64,000 bases of DNA from Candidatus Latescibacterota bacterium (GTDB taxonomy: Bacteria; Latescibacterota; UBA2968), in the NCBI GenBank assembly GCA_965222605.1, contig OZ244960.1:5888001-5952000 (forward strand), given 5' to 3'. Numbering within the stretch: the first letter of the stretch is position 1; each line of letters starts with the position of its first letter. Positions 10,125-19,686 of this stretch are shown one piece after another. The notes below the pieces were generated by a model, which saw only the letters and a program-made list of their open reading frames with translations, searched no databases and had not been told where the DNA came from. A program made the translations under genes and the position numbers.

Positions 10125-11431
10125 GATCCCACCTCCTCTGTCCATCCTTTTCCCTGTTTGAGATTTGCCATTCTCTCTTCTCTTATTCTATCTCTTTCGC
10201 CTGTTTTATCAGGTCCGCTGTAGGGTGTGACGGTGTTTGCGTATTCGGCGAGGTGTGCCGCGTGCTCGCGCTTGATGTTAACCAATCCGGGTTCTGATGC
10301 GAGATTGTGTTTTTCCAGGGGATCGTTTGACAAATCGTACAGGGTGCGTTGACCCGAGTCGTAGAGGATAGATTTGTACTGGTCATCTCGAATGGCGATT
10401 GCACTCGCGTTTTCTCCTATGACGCTTTCCCGCCAGGCGATGGCGTCATTTCCTTCGAGGAATGGGCGCAGGCTATTTGCATACGTGGCGTCGGGTAATG
10501 GGGGTGCGCCGGCGTAGTCGCAGATTGTAGCGGGGATATCCACGCCCGATATGAAGTGCGAATCGCTTTGTCCGCTGGGGATGGTGCCGCGTTGCGAAAT
10601 AACGAGTGGGACTGCCCAGGATTCTTCTTCAAAAAAGCCCTTTAATATCCTTCTGTGATGCCCAGAGCCTTCGCCGTGGTCGGCGGTAAAGATGACCACG
10701 GTATTTTCAATGAGGCCATTGTTTTCCAATGTGTCGCAGATTAAGCCTATCTGAGCGTCAACGGTTTCTACCATTCGGTAACACTGGTAGATGTAATATT
10801 GCCAGTCTGCTTCTGACCAGTGGCTGACCCGGTGTCTCTGGTTTGGCGGGAGGAGGTCGGTGTCAAAATTGCCGGGCAAATCGGGCAGGTTGGGTAACTG
10901 AGGCGCCATGCCGTATTTTCCCACGGGACCGTTGACGCCGCAGACATAACAGCAGTCGTGTGGGTTCAAGAGGCCGACGGATAGGAAGAAGGGGCGATTG
11001 TCATTTGCATGTTCGGTGATGTATTGCGCCGCTGCTCTGGCAGCGCCAGAGTCTTGCAGTTCTCCGTAGGGATGTCTGCCGTAGATCACGTCAAAGCTGT
11101 TGGCAACATCTCGTCCTGTGACATGCCATTTGCCAGAATACACGCAGTTGTAATCGGTGTGTTTTGTCAACCACTGGCCGAGGTCGGGCAGGTTGGGATC
11201 AATGGGGAACGGATTGCTGATAACGCCGTGTTCGATGGACATGCGCCCGGTGTACCAACTTGCGCGCGCAGGGCAGCAGACGGGGTTGGCGCTATAGGAT
11301 CGCCTGAAGGATATGCCTTCCGAGATCAGGCGATCCATATTGGGCGTTGACACCTCTTTGTTCCCATAAGCGGATATCGCGAGGTGATGTTGTTGATCTG
11401 TGTGGATGAATACAATATTGGGTTGGCTCAT
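10121..11431 (-). CDS. Sulfatase (choline-sulfatase-like)
   Basis: PNIVFIHTDQ, CCPAR, GKWH, ADHG, LYDLSNDP. Confidence 0.92.
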   Translation of the reverse strand: MSQPNIVFIHTDQQHHLAISAYGNKEVSTPNMDRLISEGISFRRSYSANPVCCPARASWYTGRMSIEHGVISNPFPIDPNLPDLGQWLTKHTDYNCVYSGKWHVTGRDVANSFDVIYGRHPYGELQDSGAARAAAQYITEHANDNRPFFLSVGLLNPHDCCYVCGVNGPVGKYGMAPQLPNLPDLPGNFDTDLLPPNQRHRVSHWSEADWQYYIYQCYRMVETVDAQIGLICDTLENNGLIENTVVIFTADHGEGSGHHRRILKGFFEEESWAVPLVISQRGTIPSGQSDSHFISGVDIPATICDYAGAPPLPDATYANSLRPFLEGNDAIAWRESVIGENASAIAIRDDQYKSILYDSGQRTLYDLSNDPLEKHNLASEPGLVNIKREHAAHLAEYANTVTPYSGPDKTGERDRIREERMANLKQGKGWTEEVGS

Positions 11432-11474
11432 CTTTTTCTCCGGTTTTTTTGTGCTATTTTTAATTATCGTACTA

Positions 11475-12695
11475 CTACAGAGCGGCGAAGGGCAAGGCTG
11501 TCACACCGGAACCGAGTGGAAGGTGTACGTCACCAGGATGCACGACGTATCCCGGCATGGCTGCGCTCTCCATATCTCTTTGGAATATCTTTATAGCCGC
11601 GGCCATGGCAGGGCGTGGCGTAGCAGATAGCTTCACCTCGATCGGTACGAGCTTTCCACCGGTCTCGATTACAAAATCTACTTCGGTTCCCGCCATCGTC
11701 CTCCAGAAGTATATCTGTGGATCGATTCCCCGATGTGTCAATGTCTTGACGATTTCAGAAAGCACTGCTGTTTCCATGATAGCACCTCCCAGGGGACCTG
11801 AGGCGGCATGCTCGGGGTCTTTAAGACCCGCGAGGTAGCAGAGCGTGCCTACATCTGTAAAATATACTTTCGGGGTCTTGACGAGCCGCTTCCCGACATT
11901 GGCAAAGTAAGGGCGCAGCACGATCACCTGGTAGGTGGCTTCGAGCACAGAGAGCCAGGCTTTGATCGTGTTGACCGCCACGCCGAGATCTCGGGCGACA
12001 TCGGTCAGATTCAGGAGTTGGGCACTTCTGCTGGCCAGAATTCGGAGGAAATTTTGATACTGAGTCAGGTCCCCAACCTGTCGCAGCGTACGCACGTCCC
12101 GTTCGAGATAGGTCTGGATATAGCTGGCCTGCCAAAGAGATGCATCGCGGTTGGGTTGTGCCGCGAGTTCTGGGTACCCACCTCGGAGGAAGCCCTGCCA
12201 CAGTTTGCCAAAGACGTTTGGCGATTTCAAAGACGACCAGTGCTCGCGCTCCCACGGAAGAGCAAGCTGCGGACAGCCCTCCATTTCCCGCCTGGAAAGC
12301 GGCAACAAGCGAAGCATTGCCGCGCGACCTGCCAAAGATTCGGTTACTTTCTCCGCGAGCAATAAATTTTGTGAGCCTGTCAACAGGTATTGGCCGTTTT
12401 CATGTCTGTTTGCGTCTATCCTCTCTTTGATGTAGGGTAGCAACTCAGGGGCGTACTGCACCTCATCAAAGATAACCGGAGGCGGATACATTTCCAGGAA
12501 ACTGCGCGGGTCTTGCAGGGCGGACGCCTGAATGTCCAGAGGCTCCAGAGAGACATACCTGCAATGCCTACCAAAGAGATGTTGGAGAAGCGTTGTTTTT
12601 CCCGACTGGCGCGGTCCGGTCAAGACGATAGCGGGAAATTCGGAAGCAGCCCTTTTGAGGACTGATTCCAGCGAACGTTTGATGTAATTTTGCAT
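11475..12695 (-). CDS. AAA_14 ATPase with C-terminal DUF4143 (PD-(D/E)xK-like) domain
   Basis: Walker A GPRQSGKT, Walker B FDEVQ, LTGS, ESLAGR, GGYP, EVDF...IEVK. Confidence 0.92.
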   Translation of the reverse strand: MQNYIKRSLESVLKRAASEFPAIVLTGPRQSGKTTLLQHLFGRHCRYVSLEPLDIQASALQDPRSFLEMYPPPVIFDEVQYAPELLPYIKERIDANRHENGQYLLTGSQNLLLAEKVTESLAGRAAMLRLLPLSRREMEGCPQLALPWEREHWSSLKSPNVFGKLWQGFLRGGYPELAAQPNRDASLWQASYIQTYLERDVRTLRQVGDLTQYQNFLRILASRSAQLLNLTDVARDLGVAVNTIKAWLSVLEATYQVIVLRPYFANVGKRLVKTPKVYFTDVGTLCYLAGLKDPEHAASGPLGGAIMETAVLSEIVKTLTHRGIDPQIYFWRTMAGTEVDFVIETGGKLVPIEVKLSATPRPAMAAAIKIFQRDMESAAMPGYVVHPGDVHLPLGSGVTALPFAAL

Positions 12696-12787
12696 ATCGC
12701 AGCTTTAAGTTATGGTCGGTGTCTTCTGTATCGAGTTTCGTTTGTGACGGTTCTCAACGCAAAGGCTTGACAGTTCTTTTGGTGGAT

Positions 12788-12815
12788 AATATGCATTCCA
12801 AATGCATATTGTCAA
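12788..12815 (-). promoter_or_regulatory. Perfect palindrome overlapping a sigma70-like promoter of the AAA gene
   Basis: AATATGCATT-CCA-AATGCATATT (12788-12810); on minus strand TTGACA (12815-12810) N18 TATTAT. Confidence 0.5.
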
Positions 12816-12924
12816 CTCAAAAACGAAGCATCTTGTGATTATTTTTTTGGCTGACAGATCAATCCCGATTGTGTATTTTGTGCTGGAACAGCTCTGTGTC
12901 ACCCCAGTTCAGGAGAAATTTGAG

Positions 12925-13131
12925 ATGAACGATCGAGAACCCCTCGTAACTGTTATCACTGCAACAAATCCCGGCTTGCTCGCGGTGATCAAATCCGTGC
13001 TCGACGATGCCGATATCCCCTGTATAACCCAGGGCGAGGGATTTCAAGTCCTGTACGCAGCGGGACCTGTTGGCGTGCTGGTATTTGAAAGCGACGCCGA
13101 ACAGGCCAGGGCACTTTTAAAAGACCTTTGA
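12925..13131 (+). CDS. Small DUF2007-like (putative signal transducing) protein
   Basis: 68 aa, IKSVLDDADIPC...V.ESDAEQARALL pattern; AGGAG RBS. Confidence 0.75.
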   Translation: MNDREPLVTVITATNPGLLAVIKSVLDDADIPCITQGEGFQVLYAAGPVGVLVFESDAEQARALLKDL

Positions 13132-13222
13132 TGTAATCTCCCCGTGCTTTCTATAGAAGGCGATGAGGTTAATTTGATTCAAGTTGAGAGAGCAATAGAG
13201 GTTGCTGTTGTTCAGGTAGTTT

Positions 13223-14332
13223 ATGACAGTACAGTGGACAAGGAGTAAAATGATGGCGTTCAAGCGTACCATCGCAATGGCATTGGCTGGCGGCATTCTG
13301 CTACTTTTTGCCGCCAATACAAGTGCCCAGCGGCAAATGGAGTACCTTCAACGAGGTGTGATAGCGATTCATCAGGGCGAGGGAAGGGTGTTTGTGAGCT
13401 GGCGGATGCTGGGCACCGAACCAGACGAAATAGGCTTCAACCTGTATCGCTCATCGAACGGGGAAGAGCCGCTTAAGCTGAATGATCAGCCCTTGACGCA
13501 AGCGACCAACTTTGTCGATAGGCGTGCAAATCTGAACAGGCCCAATGCTTATTTTGTTAGGCCTGTGCTGAAGGGGCAGGAACAGATGTCGAGCGATCCC
13601 TTCGTGTTGCCTGCACACGCGCAAGCTTATATCTCCATTCCACTTCAGACGCTCGAGGGGTACAGGCCAAACGATGCATCAGTGGGAGATTTGGACGGAG
13701 ATGGCGTATATGAGATTGTCTTACATCAGGCACCGAGAGGACGAGATAATTCAAGGCCGGGCCTGACAGACGCTCCTGTTCTGGAAGCTTATGAACTGGA
13801 TGGTACGTTGCTTTGGCGAATTGATCTGGACATCAATATCCGAGAGGGAGCACACTATACGCAGTTTTTGGTTTACGATCTGGATGGGGATGGCAAAGCC
13901 GAGGTGGTCTGCAAAACGGCTGACGGCACAGTGGATGGAAAGGGGACGGTCATCGGTGATCCGAATGCCGTCTATCGCAATCCCGAAGGCGCTGTGATGA
14001 CCTATCGTTCTCGCCGAACAGGGCAGGAGAGACAGCGCAACGTGGAAGGCTACATCCTGGCTGGCCCGGAATATCTCACCGTGTTTGACGGAAAAACCGG
14101 GGCAGCTCTTGTTACGACGGATTATATCCCGCCCCGTCATCCGACGACCCTCAATCCCACTTCTGAGCAACTCCGGGAAATCTGGGGGGATGGATACGGA
14201 AACCGCGTGGACAGGTTTCTGGCCTGTATCGCCTGGCAGAATGTGGCTTATAATCAACCTCCCCACACGAGTTTCTATATTGGTGGCGATATGGCAACAC
14301 CATCTCGGTCTCCCATTGTCACGCCTCGTTAA
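13223..14332 (+). pseudogene. Rhamnogalacturonan lyase PL11 (YesW/YesX-like) with large in-frame internal deletion
   Basis: RQMEYLQRG, VFVSWR, NDASVGDLDGDG, GAHYTQFLVYDLDGDGKAE, then NRVDRFLA joined directly to the C-terminal IAWQNVAYNQPPHTSFYIG. Confidence 0.8.
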
Positions 14333-14395
14333 AATTCCACAAACAAGCGCGTGTACCAGAAGGTGCCGTTGTCGTCCCATTTCCGGGCGCAGGTT

Positions 14396-15532
14396 CTATG
14401 ACTGGAGCCTCCCCCGAAGCGGATCTGCCTTACGCCAGGGCTTGAGGGCAAAACGGCAGCCCAGGCCTTGCTCAATCTCACGCCATTTTTCCTCTTCCCC
14501 CGGTGTGATAAACGTTACCGCCTTTCCCGAACGGCCCATGCGACCAGTTCGTCCGACCCGGTGTGTGAAAAGCTTCTCTGATTCTGGTAAGTCATAGTTG
14601 ATGACCTGGCCGATGCCCTCAACGTCCAGGCCTCGCGCAGCCACGTTTGTTGCCACCAAAATCGGTGCGGTACCGGAACGGAAGGCCATCATCACACGCT
14701 CGCGTGCGTTTTGGCTGAGATCGCCCTGGAGCACTCCTACGGGGTAGCCCAACGTATCGAGCCGTCTCGCCAGCCTCATGACACCGTACCTGGTCTTGCC
14801 AAAGACGAGAACCGGATCGCCGTCCCGCTGGTCCAACTGCGTTTGGAGTGCCTTTATCTTGTCTTTTTTTTGGATGGTATAGACCAGGTGCTCCACGGTG
14901 GGCAGTGTTTGGAGGTCGCCGTCCATCTCCACCGTTACCGGGTTGCGCAGATATTTCTTCGCTGTGTTCGCCACCCACTCAGGCATGGTCGCAGAGAGGA
15001 GAGCGGTCTGTCGCCTGGAGGGCGTCTGGCTAAGGATCGCCTCAACATCTTGGGCAAAACCTTTATCCAGCATTTCATCCGCCTCATCAAGGACAAGGAA
15101 TTGCACTGATCGCAAGTCTAAAGTGCCCTGCCGTAGATGGTCTAGCGTACGGCCCGGGGTCCCAATGATGACCTGGGGTCCGCTCTTCAATGCCTTGTAC
15201 TCTGGCCCCAATGACCGGCCGCCGTAAAGTAATGTCACGCGCAACCGCTGCGATGAAGCCAGGGCATCTGTGACTTTAGCTACCTGAATGGCCAACTCCC
15301 GCGTGGGCACCAGCACAAGAGCCTGGACTCGCCGCACCGATGGGTTTAGACATTCTGCCATGGGTACTGCAAACACCAGCGTCTTTCCAGACCCCGTACG
15401 CGCCTGTCCGATCAAGTCCCGCCCTGCCAGGAGATGGGGGATGGATTTCGCCTGAATGGGCGTAGGCTCTGATATGTTCATCCTGAAAATAGCATCCCTG
15501 GTAGCGACCTTCAGCTCCATCTTAGGAAACAC
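14396..15532 (-). CDS. DEAD-box RNA helicase core (3' part of IS-interrupted gene)
   Basis: Q motif PTPIQ, TGSGKT, PTRELA, TPGR, DEAD, SAT, ARGLD, HRVGRTGR. Confidence 0.92.
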   Translation of the reverse strand: MFPKMELKVATRDAIFRMNISEPTPIQAKSIPHLLAGRDLIGQARTGSGKTLVFAVPMAECLNPSVRRVQALVLVPTRELAIQVAKVTDALASSQRLRVTLLYGGRSLGPEYKALKSGPQVIIGTPGRTLDHLRQGTLDLRSVQFLVLDEADEMLDKGFAQDVEAILSQTPSRRQTALLSATMPEWVANTAKKYLRNPVTVEMDGDLQTLPTVEHLVYTIQKKDKIKALQTQLDQRDGDPVLVFGKTRYGVMRLARRLDTLGYPVGVLQGDLSQNARERVMMAFRSGTAPILVATNVAARGLDVEGIGQVINYDLPESEKLFTHRVGRTGRMGRSGKAVTFITPGEEEKWREIEQGLGCRFALKPWRKADPLRGRLQS

Positions 15533-15551
15533 GGCAGCACCGGTGCTATTA

Positions 15552-16452
15552 ACCTTTGGTGCTAGTAGATAAGAAGTTGTAAGTCGCCAGAAGTTTACCT
15601 ATGCTGAATGAGTTAGCACCTCATTCATTCACAGCAGGGAGGTAAACTTCATGACGACTGAAATGCTGATCATTGACCTGTTCTGTCGGGTAGATGATCA
15701 AACGCAAGACCTTGAGAAACATCCTCAAGCCAAGCTCTATCCCAGCGAAGTCATCACGTTGGCCTTGCTTTTTGCGATTAAAGGGGTGGGCAATCGCGCC
15801 TATTATGATTGGCTGATAAACGATTGGCAGCACCTGTTTCCTAACTTACCTCATCGCACGCGCTTGTTTCGCCTCTTTTTAAGGCATCAACACGCCACAA
15901 GCCGATTTTTAGCCGAAAAGAGCGTGTTGGGCATCATTGATAGCTATGGCATTGAGTTGATTCATCCGATCCGAGAAGGCAGAAGTCCTGCTCAGATCGG
16001 GAAGAAAGGCAAATCGAATTATCGCTGGATTGTCGGTGGCAAGCTCTGTCTGTTGATCAATCAATGGGGTCTCATCGTGGATTGGGACTGTCAGACAGCT
16101 AATGTTCACGATACCACCTTCCACCATCTCATCAAGCAGGTGCAATCAGACATGGTCGTCTTTGCCGATGTCGGCTTTCAAAAAGCGCAAGACAACCCAG
16201 AAAACTTAAAAATCTGTCCGCGTGGCACTTGGAATGAGCGCATGGTGGTTGAAACCATCTTATCTATGATGACGCTCGTGTGGCATTTTAAGAAAGTCAT
16301 GCATCGGGTCTGGAGCTATTTTGCAATGCGATTGGCTTTTACCATGGCCGCCTTCAATATCTTGGTACAATGGCAGGGCTTTAAACCCGATGAAGATGGG
16401 TTCATTAACCTTGCCATCGCACACTTCAGAATATAACACTAGCACCAAAGGT
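15552..16452 (+). mobile_element. IS982-like insertion sequence, 901 bp
   Basis: 15-bp perfect TIR ACCTTTGGTGCTAGT (15552-15566 / 16438-16452); 5-bp target duplication TATTA (15547-15551, 16453-16457). Confidence 0.92.
15651..16436 (+). CDS. DDE transposase (IS982-like)
   Basis: 261 aa; FCRVDD, SEVITL, IIDS, G.KL, ANVHD, ADVGF, ERMVVET; inside TIRs. Confidence 0.85.
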   Translation: MTTEMLIIDLFCRVDDQTQDLEKHPQAKLYPSEVITLALLFAIKGVGNRAYYDWLINDWQHLFPNLPHRTRLFRLFLRHQHATSRFLAEKSVLGIIDSYGIELIHPIREGRSPAQIGKKGKSNYRWIVGGKLCLLINQWGLIVDWDCQTANVHDTTFHHLIKQVQSDMVVFADVGFQKAQDNPENLKICPRGTWNERMVVETILSMMTLVWHFKKVMHRVWSYFAMRLAFTMAAFNILVQWQGFKPDEDGFINLAIAHFRI

Positions 16453-16672
16453 TATTAGCAATGGGTTTAGTCGTAGTAAGTGACCTGCTTACGGGGCCTT
16501 TGGTCGGGGAAGAATGGCCGTTGCGACGGTTTTTGAAGCAAGAGCGACAGTACACCGGCCTGCCTGGTTTTAGCCGGAAAGGGACGGTTGTCAAGGTGTT
16601 GCAATTGGCGCACGCGGTGCGCTTTGCACGGCGAGATGGGCGCGGGTTAGTCGATCGAGATTTACGAGGCAT
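16453..16672 (-). CDS. CxxC-x17-CxxC zinc-ribbon domain; 5' part of the interrupted helicase gene
   Basis: CANC-NTLTTVPFRLKPGRPVY-CRSC; AAGGAG RBS; in frame with helicase when IS is removed. Confidence 0.85.
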
Positions 16673-16800
16673 GCGGGAATAGACTCCTTAGTCTAAAGAG
16701 GTGACACAGGTGACTCAGCGTGGGGTAAAAATACGAGCAGGGAAGGCCGATAGGCTACTGCTGCGTGAAACCCGGTGCGCTAATCATAGAAAACGTCGAT

Positions 16801-16842
16801 ACAAACAACAAGCCCCCGATAGGGTCACACATCGGGGGCTTG
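16801..16842 (-). terminator. Intrinsic terminator-like hairpin
   Basis: 12-bp perfect stem CAAGCCCCCGAT/ATCGGGGGCTTG, 10-nt loop, followed on minus strand by TTGTTTGT. Confidence 0.65.
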
Positions 16843-16883
16843 CGTTAAATGCGGTGCCGTATAAGAGTTAGCAGTTGGAAGTT

Positions 16884-16959
16884 TAGCTCTGGCGGTAGGG
16901 CTCAAATAAATGCCCCAGTGGTTAATAGCCACTTGCTCTACTATCTGAGCAACGCCGAA
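16884..16959 (-). pseudogene. Degenerate tRNA-Asn-like element (anticodon ATT)
   Basis: 76 nt TTCGGCG TT GCTC AGATAGTA GAGC A AGTGG CTATTAA CCACT GGGGC ATTTA TTTGAGC CCTAC CGCCAGA G CTA: perfect D and anticodon stems, 6/7 acceptor pairs, broken T stem, CTA instead of CCA. Confidence 0.8.
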
Positions 16960-16981
16960 ATATTATATCCAGCAGCCCCAG

Positions 16982-17010
16982 AATTTACGGGAAGTGAACA
17001 TATATGTCAA
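16982..17010 (-). promoter_or_regulatory. Sigma70-like promoter upstream of tRNA-like element
   Basis: TTGACA (17010-17005) N17 TAAATT (16987-16982). Confidence 0.6.
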
Positions 17011-17147
17011 GCGCAATTTTTGACATCATTTTGTTCTGGACCTCGCACGAGTTGGGGCTTGGAAATGTTGAGCCGGATTGCTAATATAGAGATTGAAAAA
17101 TTAAATTGACCCACCTCCGCATTTCACCGCACTTTTCAGGAGAGCAA

Positions 17148-17885
17148 ATGTCTCAATCCTATAAATTAACACCGGAAGACGTGCAATTCTTTCACGACGA
17201 AGGTTATCTGGGGCCATATACGATGCATTCGCCGGAAGAAATGGATGAAATTCGGCCTGTTGTTGAGCATGAGATTTTTGAATCCGAAGGTCCGTTTCAC
17301 GTCAGTCGGCAAAAATCGCGGCATCTCGACAACCGAACCATCTACGATTTGTGTACACATCCGACCATTATGGATCGGGTGGAAGGGATTCTCGGCCCGG
17401 ATATTGTGCTCTGGCAATCCAACTTTTTTAACAAAAATCCCGGTGCCAAAGAAATTCCCTGGCATCAGGATATGAATTTCTGGTCCAACGAAATAGAACC
17501 GGGTATTAATGTCTCTGCCTGGTTGGCCATTGACGATACAGATGTCACCAATAGCTGTGTCCAACTCATGCCGGGATCGCACCGGAAAATGGTTCCGCAC
17601 ATTAAAGCCACGCCTGAACAGGCTTTTCGCGAACAGGGCGACCCCGATCACATCGGCATTGACCCTGAGCGAGTTGTCAAAATGGAAATGAGAGCCGGGC
17701 AATTCTTTCTTTTTACCGAGCGCATGCTCCACTACTCAGCGGCCAATACGTCTGATCGCCGTCGCCTGGGATTGACTATACGTATTACTATTCCGATTGT
17801 GCGATGTTACAAGACGCATCACGTTCATCTGGTGCGCGGTGAGGATCGGATGGGATTTAATTTGTATGGAGATGCGCCGGAATAA
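17148..17885 (+). CDS. Phytanoyl-CoA dioxygenase (PhyH) family Fe(II)/2OG oxygenase
   Basis: FFHDEGY, WHQD, SAWLAIDD, PGSH, H.S..N.S..RR; AGGAG RBS. Confidence 0.9.
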   Translation: MSQSYKLTPEDVQFFHDEGYLGPYTMHSPEEMDEIRPVVEHEIFESEGPFHVSRQKSRHLDNRTIYDLCTHPTIMDRVEGILGPDIVLWQSNFFNKNPGAKEIPWHQDMNFWSNEIEPGINVSAWLAIDDTDVTNSCVQLMPGSHRKMVPHIKATPEQAFREQGDPDHIGIDPERVVKMEMRAGQFFLFTERMLHYSAANTSDRRRLGLTIRITIPIVRCYKTHHVHLVRGEDRMGFNLYGDAPE

Positions 17886-17931
17886 TATTTACTCAATCTG
17901 TATTGTATATCCTGAAAATTAAAGGTCTAAT

Positions 17932-19686
17932 ATGCAGAATATTCTGAGGTTGATGGGTTATATGCGGCCCTATTGGAAGCAGGCGACTATCGGGCCTCTG
18001 ATGAAATTGATCGAGGTGGGGCTGGAGTTGATGCAACCCCGGTTGGTGCAGCGGATTGTAGATGAGGGAATTGCCAGGGGAGACCTGGATCTGGTGATTG
18101 AGACCGGTTTGTGGATGCTCGGCCTGGCCATTGGGGGCGTTTTATTCGGGATTGGCAATGCCTGGTATGGCGTGTGGGTGGCGCAGCGGGTGGAGACCGA
18201 TGTTCGCAGTGCACTTTTTGGCAAAATTCAGTCGCTTTCGTTTGGCAATCTGGATAAACTGTCAACGGGACATCTGATTACACGGCTGACCAATGATGTG
18301 CGGCAGGTGGGAGAGGTGGCGCGTTTGTTATTGCGCATTCTGTCGCGCATGCCCATGGCGATGGTGGGTGGTCTGGTGATGGCGATTGTGACCAGTCCCC
18401 GCCTGGGCTTGATGTTTATTGGGCTGGTGCCTGTGATTTTGGGGACTCTGGTTCTGGTGTTTCGAAAAGCCAATGCGATGTTTGGCGAGGTGCAGAATCG
18501 CCTGGATCGGGTGAATCAAGTGACGCAGGAAAACCTGGCTGGCGTGCGCGTGGCAAAGGCTTTTTTGAGAGCCGACCACGAAATTGAACGGTTTGGAACG
18601 GCTAATAACAGGTTGATGGAACAGACGATTCGGGTGACGCAGCTGGTGGCTCTGGTGATGCCGTTTATGATGCTGATACTGAATCTGGGTGTGGTGGCGG
18701 TGATCTGGTTTGGGGGGATTGCTGTGACCCAGGGTGGGATGAAGCTGGGTGAGATTATTGCGTTTATCAATTATTTGTTGCTTTTCCTGCAATCCCTGAT
18801 GATAGGCAGTATGGTGCTTATCCGGATGTCTCGGGCAGAGGCTTCGGCCGAGCGCATTGTCGAGGTGTTGAATAGCGAGCCTGAGTTACAGGATCGGACG
18901 GATGCGAAGAGCGATGTGGTGTTGGAGGGGCAGGTCGCGTTTGAAAATGTGACGTTCAGTTATAATAAGACGGCGGATGATCCGGTATTGCGGAATCTGA
19001 ATTTTGTCGCCGAGCCGGGGCAGAAGGTGGCGATTTTGGGATCGACAGGGGCGGGTAAATCGACGCTGGTGAATCTTATCCCGCGGTTTTACGATGTGGA
19101 TGCCGGGCGGGTGATGGTGGATGGGATGGATGTGCGGGATATGGAACAGGGGACACTGCGGCAGCAAATTGGGATGGCGCTCCAGGAGTCGGTCCTGTTT
19201 TCTGGTACGATTCGGCACAATATTCGGTACGGGCGGCCCGATGCGACCGATGAAGAGGTTGAGGCCGCTGCCCGTGCGGCGATGGCGCACGATTTTATTG
19301 TCCAGTTTCCAGATAAGTATGAGACGCTATTAGGCCAGCGCGGCGTGAATTTGTCGGGAGGACAGAGGCAGCGGATAGCGATAGCCCGAGCGTTGATCTC
19401 CCGTCCGAAGGTGTTGATTTTAGACGATAGTACCAGTGCGGTGGATCTGGAGACAGAGGCCAATATCCACGATGCGCTTGAACAGATGGTAGGCTGTACG
19501 AGTTTTCTGGTGGCGCAGCGCATCAGTACAGTGTTGACGGCCGATAAGATTCTGGTGCTGGACGATGGGGTGCTGGTTGCCGAGGGCACGCATCAGGAGT
19601 TGATGAAATCCAGTTCGGTGTATCAAGAGATTTACGATTCACAGCTTGGAGAAGGAAACGGATATGGCGGAAGAGCGCAGGGTTGA
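17932..19686 (+). CDS. Heterodimeric ABC exporter subunit A (TMD+NBD, degenerate site)
   Basis: GSTGAGKS, LSGGQRQR, ILDDS, VAQR. Confidence 0.93.
   Translation: MQNILRLMGYMRPYWKQATIGPLMKLIEVGLELMQPRLVQRIVDEGIARGDLDLVIETGLWMLGLAIGGVLFGIGNAWYGVWVAQRVETDVRSALFGKIQSLSFGNLDKLSTGHLITRLTNDVRQVGEVARLLLRILSRMPMAMVGGLVMAIVTSPRLGLMFIGLVPVILGTLVLVFRKANAMFGEVQNRLDRVNQVTQENLAGVRVAKAFLRADHEIERFGTANNRLMEQTIRVTQLVALVMPFMMLILNLGVVAVIWFGGIAVTQGGMKLGEIIAFINYLLLFLQSLMIGSMVLIRMSRAEASAERIVEVLNSEPELQDRTDAKSDVVLEGQVAFENVTFSYNKTADDPVLRNLNFVAEPGQKVAILGSTGAGKSTLVNLIPRFYDVDAGRVMVDGMDVRDMEQGTLRQQIGMALQESVLFSGTIRHNIRYGRPDATDEEVEAAARAAMAHDFIVQFPDKYETLLGQRGVNLSGGQRQRIAIARALISRPKVLILDDSTSAVDLETEANIHDALEQMVGCTSFLVAQRISTVLTADKILVLDDGVLVAEGTHQELMKSSSVYQEIYDSQLGEGNGYGGRAQG

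Noticed and set aside
11432-14396. Integron cassette array
   Set aside because: Mixed orientations, no integrase and no recognisable attC repeats
16884-16959. Functional tRNA-Asn
   Set aside because: T stem cannot pair, the TTC motif is TTT, there is an acceptor mismatch, and the anticodon ATT is non-standard
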